DNA from: an uncultured archaeon
GTDB lineage: Archaea > Iainarchaeota > Iainarchaeia > Iainarchaeales > 1-14-0-10-31-34
DNA length: 64,000 nt
Reading direction: 5' to 3'
Assembly (NCBI GenBank): GCA_964608675.1
Contig: CAZSOZ010000004.1
Coordinates: 46,376-110,375 of the forward strand
Shown: one piece after another, positions 1 to 8,582 of the stretch
How positions within the stretch are numbered: position 1 is the stretch's first letter
Layout of the letters: the number at the start of each line of letters is the position of its first letter
The notes under the pieces: model-generated
Databases searched by the model: none
Seen by the model: only the letters and a program-made list of their open reading frames with translations
What the model was told of the DNA's origin: nothing
Translations under genes and position numbers: made by a program

Positions 1-55
1 TGAATTCAATTCTGTTTTTTGTGTTAAAGTAAAGGTATTCTGTATGAGATTTCAT
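1..55 (-). CDS. yjbQ: YjbQ-family (secondary thiamine-phosphate synthase-like) protein, 5' end only; runs off the window
   Basis: Minus strand reads MKSHTEYLYFNTKNRIEF..., near-identical to the truncated copy at 976-1119, which extends to the YjbQ motif [12 protein letters not shown]. Confidence 0.7.
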   Translation of the reverse strand, partial: MKSHTEYLYFNTKNRIEF

Positions 56-127
56 AATAAGTTTTTTGTTTACAAACTCTTTTATTTTTTTTTGGTGTAA
101 CTGTTGTCTTTAAACAGGTTTTTTGGA

Positions 128-331
128 TTAAGCGATTGCAGTTTGTCTGGGTAGCATTGCTTTTAGCATATCTATTGTAGTTTTGCTTGCATTTAATATT
201 TCTATTTCAACCGGCTTGTTTTCTTTGGTGTAGTGTGTAATTATATCTCCTTCTTGTTCTGCAAAATCAGGTTTTTCAGATCTAAGCTCTATTACCATTA
301 TATCTGTTTGCTTATCATATTTATATTTCAT
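128..331 (-). CDS. DUF2283-family small protein (putative antitoxin)
   Basis: MKYKYDKQTDIMVI...PVEIEILNAS matches the YDxxxD...xIEIL pattern; overlaps the upstream DUF4258-like gene. Confidence 0.8.
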   Translation of the reverse strand: MKYKYDKQTDIMVIELRSEKPDFAEQEGDIITHYTKENKPVEIEILNASKTTIDMLKAMLPRQTAIA

Positions 332-557
332 ATCTTTCCCTCTTTGATTTATAAGTGGTTATGACTGTTAGGGAGTTAATGGTTTTTTCATATATAACTC
401 TTATCACATAGCCGTTTAAAGGCTTTTGTGCAATTTTTCTGTTGTAATTTCCTTCAATAACTATTTTGGGGGAATTCACGCAATCAGTTACCTGTTTTTC
501 ACTCAAACAGTATTTTTTCATTCTCTCTTTTGCGTGACTTGAAATTTCTATTTTCAT
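321..557 (-). CDS. DUF4258-family protein (putative RelE-like toxin)
   Basis: SSHAKERM N-terminus and IRVIYE...VITTY C-terminus; typical pairing with DUF2283. Confidence 0.75.
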   Translation of the reverse strand: MKIEISSHAKERMKKYCLSEKQVTDCVNSPKIVIEGNYNRKIAQKPLNGYVIRVIYEKTINSLTVITTYKSKRERYEI

Positions 558-661
558 TTAACAAATAAAGAAAAGAAAATAATAAATTAGAATGCTTTAA
601 TTTGCATTGGCTCGCAAAAAAACCTAAAACTTAAAATAAGGTTTTATGCTTACTATAAGCT

Positions 662-956
662 ATGACTGGAGAAAAAGAAATTCTTCTTAGCAGAAAAATT
701 CATTTTGTCCCTTTGGCTATTCTTTTTTTATTTTTTTTTGATTGTTTTTTATTTTTTTGATGTTGGTGGGGCAAGTCCCTTCAAAGAAAAATCAATTTAT
801 TTTAGGTATCTTGCTATCGTGCTCTATGCTTTAGGAATGGTTGTTTTAATCGAGGTTGGTACCAGAATCATGGTTTACGTTTATGGCGGGTCAATGAAAC
901 CAGAAGACTCAAGAAAAAAACTTTACAGTGACTTAAAGAATAAACACAAAAAATAG
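662..956 (+). CDS. Small two-TM membrane protein, apparently frameshifted in a T9 tract at 731-739
   Basis: ATG at 662 gives MTGEKEILLSRKIHFVPLAILFLFF; removing one T joins it to the 705-956 ORF (LIVFYFFDVGG...). Confidence 0.5.
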
Positions 957-988
957 CATATTACTTATACGTAATCTAAGTAATATGC
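956..988. repeat. Perfect inverted repeat, 12-bp arms with 9-bp spacer
   Basis: GCATATTACTTA (956-967), tacgtaatc, TAAGTAATATGC (977-988). Confidence 0.85.
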
Positions 989-1119
989 ATTGGATTAACT
1001 AAAACTAGTCCTTCTTTTATTTTGCTTTTAGAAACAACTTCTTCAACTTCTTTTGTAATGTTAACAAATTCTATTCTGTTTTTTGTTTTAATTTCAAGGT
1101 ATTCAGTGAAAGATTTCAT
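976..1119 (-). pseudogene. yjbQ: Truncated yjbQ 5' fragment (47 aa)
   Basis: [47 protein letters not shown] then TAG; about one third of a normal YjbQ. Confidence 0.85.
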
Positions 1120-1194
1120 AAAAATTTTTTTGTTTCAACATGTTTTTAATGAATTCCCTTTAATTTATTTTTACTGTATTTAAGGTGTTTTTTT

Positions 1195-2055
1195 TTGATT
1201 GCAAAAAACAATAAAGCAAAATTGTGTTCTTCATGCAAAGAACTTAATCTTCACTGTGGGACAATTGTTTTTTGCACTGACAGAAGAGTTAATGCTGAAG
1301 CTGTTTCTAATGCTTTAAAAAAACAGGGTTTTCCTGAAGAACTGGTTTTTTGCGTTAAAAGCTCTTATGGTCATGAAAGTGCAGGGAACAAAATTCATGA
1401 AAGCGATCCTTTAATTGCACAGGCGTTAAAATTGGGAATTGGCCCAGGGCATTTCGGAAAAATTGTTTCTGTTTTTGGGCACAGCAGTAAATGTGGGGGA
1501 ATGAATGCACAGCATGAACTGCATAAACTTGAATTTTTAATTGAAAAAGAAAAATTAAATAAAAACAAAAAAAAAGCAAAAGAATTAAAAGAAAAATTAA
1601 ATGAATTAAAAAAAGATGCAATTTCAGGATGGGTTGCATTAGATTTAAATGAATTTAAGTCTTTGGTTTCAGAACTTAAAAAAAAGTTTTTAGAAAAAGA
1701 ATTTGAAGAATTCTTGTTTTCTGATGACTTCAGAATTCTTTTAGAAGAATTTAATGTTTTTGTTCAATTAAAAAAATTAATTAACCGCAAAGATTTTCAG
1801 GAATATTATTTTAATGCTTTTAAGGATGGAAGAGGGAAAATTAAATTGATTGCAGGAATTTATTCTCCTAAAGAAAAAATTTGCAGGGGCGCTTACTGTA
1901 CTTCAACAGGAAAAGTAAACTTTGATTTTCCTTTTATTTATTCTGTGTTTGGAGAAAAAAAAGTAAAAGAAATACTTTCTTTTTTTAATTTATTTCATTT
2001 AAAAGGAAAACCTGAAATAGAATACAAAATAAGTTATGGGAAGGAAGGGATTTGA
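1195..2055 (+). CDS. Divergent beta-carbonic anhydrase-like protein
   Basis: CTDRR (CxDxR) and GHSSKCGG (H..C) zinc-ligand motifs, EFNVFVQL helix; Lys/Glu-rich insertion. Confidence 0.6.
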   Translation: MIAKNNKAKLCSSCKELNLHCGTIVFCTDRRVNAEAVSNALKKQGFPEELVFCVKSSYGHESAGNKIHESDPLIAQALKLGIGPGHFGKIVSVFGHSSKCGGMNAQHELHKLEFLIEKEKLNKNKKKAKELKEKLNELKKDAISGWVALDLNEFKSLVSELKKKFLEKEFEEFLFSDDFRILLEEFNVFVQLKKLINRKDFQEYYFNAFKDGRGKIKLIAGIYSPKEKICRGAYCTSTGKVNFDFPFIYSVFGEKKVKEILSFFNLFHLKGKPEIEYKISYGKEGI

Positions 2056-2110
2056 ACCCTTGACCTCCCGGTTATCAGCCGGGTGCTCCACCAAACTAAG
2101 CTACCCTCCC
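2037..2110 (-). tRNA. tRNA-Ile(GAT)
   Basis: GGGAGGG/CTTCCC acceptor stem, anticodon arm CCCGG-CTGATAA-CCGGG, TTCAAAT T-loop. Confidence 0.95.
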
Positions 2111-2113
2111 AAA

Positions 2114-2167
2114 CAAACTTTTTAGAAAAAAGTTTGATCAAAAAAAACCTTTTTAGAAAAAAGGTTT
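2114..2167. repeat. Two tandem REP-like palindromes
   Basis: CAAACTTTTT-AGA-AAAAAGTTTG (2114-2136) and AAACCTTTTT-AGA-AAAAAGGTTT (2145-2167). Confidence 0.8.
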
Positions 2168-2237
2168 GCTAAAAATGAAGTTTATGCTAAGCAGTAATAA
2201 AAAGTACTTCAAGTAAAACAATTTAAACTTAATGAAA

Positions 2238-2310
2238 TAGCCCCGAGGAGATTCGAACTCCTGTCAACGGGTCCAAAGCCCGCCATCCTTGGCCACTAGA
2301 CTACGGGGCT
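2238..2310 (-). tRNA. tRNA-Gln(TTG)
   Basis: AGCCCCG/CGGGGCT acceptor stem (A1-U72, typical of archaeal tRNA-Gln), anticodon arm GCGGG-CTTTGGA-CCCGT. Confidence 0.95.
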
Positions 2311-2545
2311 AAAAATGGGCTATTAATGTAATTAAAACAGAAATAGACTATAAAAAAGTGTGGGAAAAAACTATTAAATATTAATAAGCCGGCAAAAACA
2401 AAACAAAAAAAGAAGATAAATCTGAAAAAGCTAAAGGAGCTTTGTGTAAATAGTGCTTGAAATTGCTTACTTTTTACACAGAGTGAACACTTTTTACACA
2501 GGTTAAATTTATTAATTTCAAAAGTTAATAATTTAGTTGATTAAA

Positions 2546-2788
2546 ATGGCTGACTTTTGGGAAACTATTTTTTATATTGCTTTAGGAGTTTTTATTTTGT
2601 GGGCTTTGTTAAAAAGTTTTGGTATAATACAAAGTCCTGCATGGCTTGAAGTTGGCGTTCCAGCAGTTTCTGGCGGAGTAGCTATTGGAAGTTTTTATCA
2701 AAAGTTTAGGCAATTAGAAAAAACTGTAGAAGAAATAGGAAAGAAAACTAATGAAGTCTATGAAAAATGTCCTGCAGTTAAGCACTAA
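2546..2788 (+). CDS. Small membrane protein (two hydrophobic segments plus short coiled coil), transposon cargo
   Basis: ORF track 2537-2788; ATG at 2546 (MADFWETIFY); converges on the transposase 3' end. Confidence 0.65.
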   Translation: MADFWETIFYIALGVFILWALLKSFGIIQSPAWLEVGVPAVSGGVAIGSFYQKFRQLEKTVEEIGKKTNEVYEKCPAVKH

Positions 2789-3971
2789 AATTTATTTCTA
2801 TTCCTAATTCATTTGTTTCATGAATTACAACAACTATGTTATGACATAAGACTTTCAATAACAACTCGTTTTTTTGTGCTGTGTGTGTTTTTGATTTCAG
2901 GCAGTCGTTAAATTTTGATTTTATCATAAAAAATGTTGTTTCTATGTTGCTTCTTTTGTGATAGTGTTGCATGAATTCTTCTTGGTTGAATTTGAAGTAG
3001 TGATACATTTTTCTTCAAATGTGGTTTTTTCCTTTTGGAATTCCTCTTGCACTTTTTTTGAATGGAATGTAAGCTGTTCCGCCAAAGTCATCAATTAAAG
3101 CAAGGTTATCTCTTGAACTGTAAGCCATGTCTGCTGAAAACTCTTGAATATCAAAACCATTTTGTTTTGTTTGTGTGGCTAATGGAATTAAGTTAGGGCT
3201 ATCTCCTGTGCCTGTTCCATGACTTTTTGATACTTCACAGCTTGTTATTATGTTTGTTTTTGCTCCGCAGACTGCATGAAGTTTAAGCCATTCATGTCGT
3301 CTTTTTGTATTGTGTTTTTCTTTACAGTATTCATTAAATTTTGTTGTTCTGAATCCAGTTGAATCAATGCAAAATTTTTCTTCACAAGTTTTCAAAACAA
3401 TTCCTGACTTTGAAATTAATTGCTTTAAAGTTTTGGTTATTTGTTTCTTTTGCGTGAAGTGTCCGATTGAAGCAAAACAAGGGACTTTTTGAATTAATCC
3501 TTTTTCTTTTGCAAACTTTAAATCTGACATGAATCTTCTTAAAGAAAATTGAGAATAAACTTTTAGTGCTGAAGCAAACATTAAATCTTTTTCTGAAATT
3601 TTAGGTCTGCCAAAACTATAATCTGCTTCTTCAATGTTTTCTAATAAATCTTTTAGTAATTCCATGAATCTTTCTTTTTCTGTTTCTTGGCTTTTATTGT
3701 AAGCACTCCAAGTTTGAGGATAAGTTAATCTTTTTGTTTCAATTTTGCTTACTCCGTTTTTGATTGTAATTTTTTGTAAATAGTATTGAACTGCAAAAGC
3801 GTGTTTACAAGTGCAATCACTATTCTTATGGTCAGGACAACTACAAGAATAATCCTTTCTAACAAAATAATTTTTATTTCCTGATTGGCTTGGAACTATC
3901 CAGCCATCAACTCCGCTTTGAATTGTTTTAGTTTTTGCAATTTCAAAACCTTTCTTTTTTCTTAAATCCAT
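2778..3971 (-). pseudogene. SWIM zinc finger + DDE transposase interrupted by an in-frame TGA at 3015-3017
   Basis: CSCPD..CKH SWIM motif, IDSTGF, ADMAY and YHKRSNIETTFFMIK (Y-2-R-3-E-6-K); ORFs 3015-3980 and 2778-3008 are in frame (NHI*RKMYHYF). Confidence 0.9.
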
Positions 3972-4080
3972 TTTACTCAACCTCTCACATACTTATTAAG
4001 TACATACTTTATAAGTGTATACTATTAAAAACCTTTCGGTTCAATAAAGTATATAAATGGGAAATAACTTGTATAGTCCA

Positions 4081-4257
4081 ATGGCAGTATTCAAGAAAAA
4101 AATAACAGTAACTATGTTACGTTGTGAAAGATGTGGTTATGAGTGGCAACAGAGAGGTAAAAAACTCCCTGAAGTGTGTGCTAATCTAAAATGCAAAAGC
4201 AGATATTGGAATAGACCAAGACAACAACGAAAAACAAAGAAAGATGGTAAAAAATGA
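4081..4257 (+). CDS. Small zinc-ribbon protein, divergent from the transposase
   Basis: CERCGYEW...CANLKCKSRYWN; ATGA overlap with the methyltransferase; start may be 4057. Confidence 0.75.
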   Translation: MAVFKKKITVTMLRCERCGYEWQQRGKKLPEVCANLKCKSRYWNRPRQQRKTKKDGKK

Positions 4258-5567
4258 GCGTCACAGATAATTCAAGAAGAAGTTTAGGAGTTCATTTAAC
4301 TTCAGTAAACACATTTAAAAAATACGTTTTTCCAAAAATTAAAAACAAAATAAATGACTTTATTTGGGTTGACTTATTTGCAGGAGAAGGCAACCTTATT
4401 TTACCTATTCTTGAAAGTATTTCAAAAGACAAAAGAATTCAATTTTTTAAGGAAAACATTTTCTTGTTTGATATTCAAAAAGAAATGGTTAAAAAATCTG
4501 TTGAAAATGCAATAAAATATGGGATACCTAAAGAGATTGCAGAAAAAAACATAATTCAGCAAGATACCTTAAAAAATTTTCCAAAATTTTTACATGAACT
4601 AAATAAACCAATTTTCCATATAACTAACCCCCCTTATCTATATTTAGGGTATATAGGAAAACACAAAGAAATGAATATTCACTTAAGTTATTTTGAAGGA
4701 TATAATAAAGGATATCAAGACTTATATCAAATTGCCTTAATAAATGACTTAAGAAATAATCTACAAAAAATGATTTACATTATTCCATCAAATTTTTTAT
4801 TTGGGGCAGTAATTTCAAACAAAATAAGAGATGACTTTTTACCACAATACAAAATAAATGAAGCAGTAATTTTTGAAAAAAAAATATTTGAATTTACTGG
4901 CACAAATGTAATGATTTGTTTTTTTGAAAAAACTGAAAAATTAAATAGGATAATTGAATTTAATGCAACAAAAATTAACAGCCACGAAATAACAAGGCAC
5001 TATATTTTAACTAAAAAAAACAAATTTAGGGGCGGAAACTATTTTGAAGAATATGTAAAAACAAGAAAAGCAGTTAACCCCCTTGAAGTTAAATATTATT
5101 TAAAACAAGAAGAATTAGAAAAAAACAAAGGAAATAATAAAGTCATTCTTTTAGATTCAAAAAATTATACAGGGAAGAGTTACTCGCAAAAAGAATTTTT
5201 TGTAAACAATAAGTTATTTAATAAAATTAAATCAAATCCTTTGTTTATAAGGACAGTTGATACTGGTTCAGAAGAAGGCAGAGCTGGTTTATACAACATA
5301 AAAAAAACTTTTGAAGTTGACGGAATTTTTGTTAGTGGTGCAACTTACAGAACAAACCCAATACAACTTTTCATTACTCCAACTTTAAAAAACAATGATT
5401 CTGAAAAATTAAAAGAACAATTTAATCAAACTCTTGAAAATTTAAGAGATAAAACTGACAGTGAATTTATGACTACTTACAAATATACTAATGGAACAGG
5501 AAAGTATATTAGAAAGTATTTAGGGTTAAGTCAAGCAAAAAAGCTTTTACAAACAATAATTTTGTAA
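4254..5567 (+). CDS. N6-adenine DNA methyltransferase (gamma-type motif order)
   Basis: Motif I DLFAGEG followed by motif IV TNPPY; long C-terminal target-recognition region; adjacent to an endonuclease gene. Confidence 0.9.
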   Translation: MSVTDNSRRSLGVHLTSVNTFKKYVFPKIKNKINDFIWVDLFAGEGNLILPILESISKDKRIQFFKENIFLFDIQKEMVKKSVENAIKYGIPKEIAEKNIIQQDTLKNFPKFLHELNKPIFHITNPPYLYLGYIGKHKEMNIHLSYFEGYNKGYQDLYQIALINDLRNNLQKMIYIIPSNFLFGAVISNKIRDDFLPQYKINEAVIFEKKIFEFTGTNVMICFFEKTEKLNRIIEFNATKINSHEITRHYILTKKNKFRGGNYFEEYVKTRKAVNPLEVKYYLKQEELEKNKGNNKVILLDSKNYTGKSYSQKEFFVNNKLFNKIKSNPLFIRTVDTGSEEGRAGLYNIKKTFEVDGIFVSGATYRTNPIQLFITPTLKNNDSEKLKEQFNQTLENLRDKTDSEFMTTYKYTNGTGKYIRKYLGLSQAKKLLQTIIL

Positions 5568-5573
5568 ACAAAA

Positions 5574-6367
5574 TTATCTTTCATTTTCTTTTATAAAATC
5601 AGGTAGTAAAAGAGCACTTAAAGCATTTCCTGTTGAATTACAAAGACGTTTATAATATCTGCCACTTTCTTTAAACCAAACTACTCCATCAACTATAGCT
5701 ATTCTTATAACATTTCCTGATTTTTCTTCAGAAAATTTAACTATATTAAAATATTGATTATCTTGTCCGCCACCACCAGCAGAAATAAATTTTGCTCCAC
5801 CAACTATAAACTTTCCATTTTTTAGTTTGGCAATAAAATCTACATCTCCTTTTTCTTCAAGTTTACATTTTAATTCCTTTTCAGCAAACCATTGCATTTG
5901 TTTATCTGAGGCATTAAGAAAGACTGTTGAATTAGAAACTTTAAAGTCATTTAAAGAAACAGAAGGATATCCTATAGTTTTAACCCATGCCTTAAAAGCG
6001 TTTCCTAATCGTTTACTTGCACTTTTTGGTTCATTACATCTGTCTACAACTTCTCGCCAACTTAATTTTATATCCTTTTTGCTATGCGTTGTGTGGTTTG
6101 TGGATTGTTTTCTATTATCTTTTCATTAAGCTTTAAAGAGCCCATATATGAATCTTTAATAGGTGCTGCTTCTTTTCTGGAAAGAATTGAAATGCTTTTC
6201 ACTAATTCTTCCATATTTTTTTCTTCATACGCTTTTTTTATTTTATTCATTAATTCCTCAGAAATATCTCTCTTTTCTTCTGTTTGTGCAGGATAAACAG
6301 AATGGAGTTTATCTAAATATCCTTTAGAATTAGCAAAATTAATGCTTTTTTCAACCCAATTATTCAT
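5574..6367 (-). pseudogene. Tsp45I-like type II restriction endonuclease, frameshifted near 6066-6070
   Basis: MNNWVEKSINFANSKGYLDKL..PIKDSY..NPQTTQRIA continues in another frame as KLSWREVVDRCNEPK...VDFIAK..GGAKF..GGGQDNQ; resembles the Tsp45I family from memory. Confidence 0.8.
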
Positions 6368-6429
6368 ATTAACCAATAAAATATGCTATTACCTTTATTT
6401 AAGTTTTGGGATTTAATAATATTGGTAGT

Positions 6430-6648
6430 ATGGGCGGTTCATTAAATTACGAAAGAAGTTATGAAAAACTTCAGAAAGCAAGAAGCTTATCGGAAGAAGA
6501 AAAAAAAATAATTATGGCACGAAAAAGAGGGTTTCCTAATTGTAAGGGATTATATCCTGATTGCCCTGAAGTTCCTGATAAAAATTGTAGTCAATGTAAG
6601 ACCTGCCCTGTTTTAGACGAAACATATGAAAGAAGTTATAAAGTTTAA
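6430..6648 (+). CDS. Small Cys-rich hypothetical protein, transposon cargo
   Basis: ATG at 6430; CKGLYPDC...CSQCKTCP. Confidence 0.6.
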   Translation: MGGSLNYERSYEKLQKARSLSEEEKKIIMARKRGFPNCKGLYPDCPEVPDKNCSQCKTCPVLDETYERSYKV

Positions 6649-6752
6649 GGACTTTTTACACGGTTTTTTTACTTTTTACACAAAAACGACTTTTCACACA
6701 AAGCTAGCTAAAGGCAAACCATTAAATAGTTCTTTTTGTTTTATTTTTTTTT

Positions 6753-7322
6753 ATGTTAATAAAATTTTTTTTGCCTGCAATTTTGTTTTTATTTTTGTTT
6801 TCTTTTGGGTGTTTTGATTTAATTAAAGAAAGCCCTGGAGAAAAAGCAGTTAAATTGGCTGATCAACTGCCTGAAATTGATGTTACTGAAAGGCTGATTA
6901 AAAGTTTTGAGAACTCAGATGAATGTACTTTGAATGTTTATATTGAAAATTATTCTAGTTTACTGCAGGTTCAGGGAATGGGTTATTTTGAGCCAACACA
7001 GGAACAAAGAAAAGAAATGGGGTTGGCTTTAAATAAAACAAAAGATTGGGTTAATCAATGTAATCCAAGGCTTTCCAGACAACTGGAAATGCAGTCAGAA
7101 AACAGTTATGTTGTTTATTATGAAATGGAAACAAACAAAGATGCGGTTTGTGATGTTTCTTCTGAAAAAGTGAAAGTTTTTGTTGATTTACGAGAAGAAA
7201 AAGCGATAATTGAAGAAGGTTCAGTTTCTCAAAATAGTATTGAAGTGCTTGAAGAAGTATTGCATTATATGGGACCTTGTGCAGGATTAATGTTTTTTTC
7301 ATTGACTGTTATTGAAGAATGA
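6753..7322 (+). CDS. Hypothetical lipoprotein
   Basis: Hydrophobic N-terminus ending SFGC; acidic Cys-containing body. Confidence 0.7.
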   Translation: MLIKFFLPAILFLFLFSFGCFDLIKESPGEKAVKLADQLPEIDVTERLIKSFENSDECTLNVYIENYSSLLQVQGMGYFEPTQEQRKEMGLALNKTKDWVNQCNPRLSRQLEMQSENSYVVYYEMETNKDAVCDVSSEKVKVFVDLREEKAIIEEGSVSQNSIEVLEEVLHYMGPCAGLMFFSLTVIEE

Positions 7323-7398
7323 TTTTTTTTTAAAATAGTTTTTTAAAGCTTTTCAACTATTATCTTTTTTTTCTAGAATTGAATCGGGGGTAATTAAA

Positions 7399-8556
7399 TT
7401 GTCTGGTGTAGATCCAGTTATATCTGAAGTAATGTTAAAACTAATTATAATTTTGTTTTCAGCAAAACTTGCAGGATACATTTTTGATCGAATAAAACAA
7501 CCCAGAGTTTTAGGTGAACTTCTTGTTGGAGTGTTGCTTGGACCAAGCTTGTTTGGTTATATTACTGGTCATGAAGAAATCCTGATGTTTTTGTCTGAAG
7601 TCGGAGTAATTATTTTATTGTTTTTGGTTGGATTGGAATCCAATATCCATGAATTACTAAAAAGCGGAAAAAATGCTTTAATGGTTGCAGTAATTGGAGT
7701 GCTTGCTCCTGTATTATTGTCTTTGCCTTATCTGCTTTATATTGAAGTATTGGATTTTAATGCAGCTTTGTTTATTGCAGCAACTCTTACAGCAACAAGT
7801 GTCGGAGTAACCATGAGAGTTTTAAGCGAAATGAAAAAAATTACTTCGCTTGAAGGAAAAATTATTTTGGGGGCAGCAGTAATTGATGATGTTTTAGGAT
7901 TAATTATTTTGTCTGTTTTGGCAGGAATCGCTGAAACAGGAGGAGTTGAAATACTGAATGTAATTCAGACTATTGTTGTTTCTGCTTTATTCCTTGCAGT
8001 AACTATTGTAATTGGAATCAAGTTAGAAGAACCTATTTTGAAGATGATAAGATATTTGAAGGTCAGAAGAACTTTTATTGTTTCAGCAGTAATTTTTGCT
8101 TTGGCTTTGGGGTATCTTGCTCAAATGATTGGATTGGCTGCAATTGTTGGAGCATTTGCTGCAGGCTTAATTCTTGAAAGAGAAGAACACAAAGAAAACA
8201 TCATGAAAAAAACTGAAGTAATTGGAGACGTGTTTACTCCGATTTTTTTTGTGATGGCTGGAGTTGCAGTTAATGTTTCAACAATTAATATGGATTTGCT
8301 TCCATTAGGAATAATTTTATTGATTATTGCTTTGGTTGGAAAAATTGTTGCAGGCTTTGGTGTATTTGGAACTCCTGCTTCAAAGATGGCTGTTGGAGTT
8401 GGAATGGTTCCAAGAGGAGAAGTCGGATTAATTTTTGCTACATTTGGGTTAGCGCATTCTTTTATCGGAGATGGAATGTATTCAATTCTTGTTGTAGTAA
8501 TAATGCTGACTACTTTGTTTACTCCGCCTGTCCTCAAAAAATTAATGGATAAATAA
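7399..8556 (+). CDS. CPA2-family cation:proton antiporter (NapA/Kef-type)
   Basis: PRVLGELLVG, ATSVG, GAAVIDD, GMVPRGEV motifs; highly hydrophobic. Confidence 0.92.
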   Translation: MSGVDPVISEVMLKLIIILFSAKLAGYIFDRIKQPRVLGELLVGVLLGPSLFGYITGHEEILMFLSEVGVIILLFLVGLESNIHELLKSGKNALMVAVIGVLAPVLLSLPYLLYIEVLDFNAALFIAATLTATSVGVTMRVLSEMKKITSLEGKIILGAAVIDDVLGLIILSVLAGIAETGGVEILNVIQTIVVSALFLAVTIVIGIKLEEPILKMIRYLKVRRTFIVSAVIFALALGYLAQMIGLAAIVGAFAAGLILEREEHKENIMKKTEVIGDVFTPIFFVMAGVAVNVSTINMDLLPLGIILLIIALVGKIVAGFGVFGTPASKMAVGVGMVPRGEVGLIFATFGLAHSFIGDGMYSILVVVIMLTTLFTPPVLKKLMDK

Positions 8557-8582
8557 AAGAGAGATTCACTTCTCTTTTTTTT
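8555..8582. terminator. Bidirectional hairpin/T-tract terminator
   Basis: AAAAGAGAG-attcac-TTCTCTTTT plus T run, between convergent genes. Confidence 0.55.

Larger units (their letters stand above)
2438..6705. mobile_element. Cargo-carrying DDE transposon (IS4/IS5 superfamily-type transposase) with restriction-modification genes
   Basis: TIRs AGCTTTGTGTAAATAGT (2438-2454) and ACTTTTCACACAAAGCT (6689-6705), 15/17 complementary; direct repeat AGCTAAAGG at 2429-2437 and 6706-6714; internal transposase. Confidence 0.9.

Noticed and set aside
721-760. Phase variation at the poly-T frameshift
   Set aside because: Homopolymers are everywhere in this genome; cannot be separated from sequencing error without reads.
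2037-2310. tRNA-targeted integrative element (att duplication)
   Set aside because: No duplicated tRNA 3' end or integrase seen; the island is bounded by TIR/TSD about 120 bp from tRNA-Gln.
2114-2501. CRISPR array from the short repeats
   Set aside because: Only two or three copies each, spacers under 10 bp and no cas genes; explained as palindromes and transposon end motifs.
3015-3017. TGA recoding as Trp or selenocysteine
   Set aside because: Many intact genes here end in TGA and use TGG for Trp; a single nonsense change is simpler.
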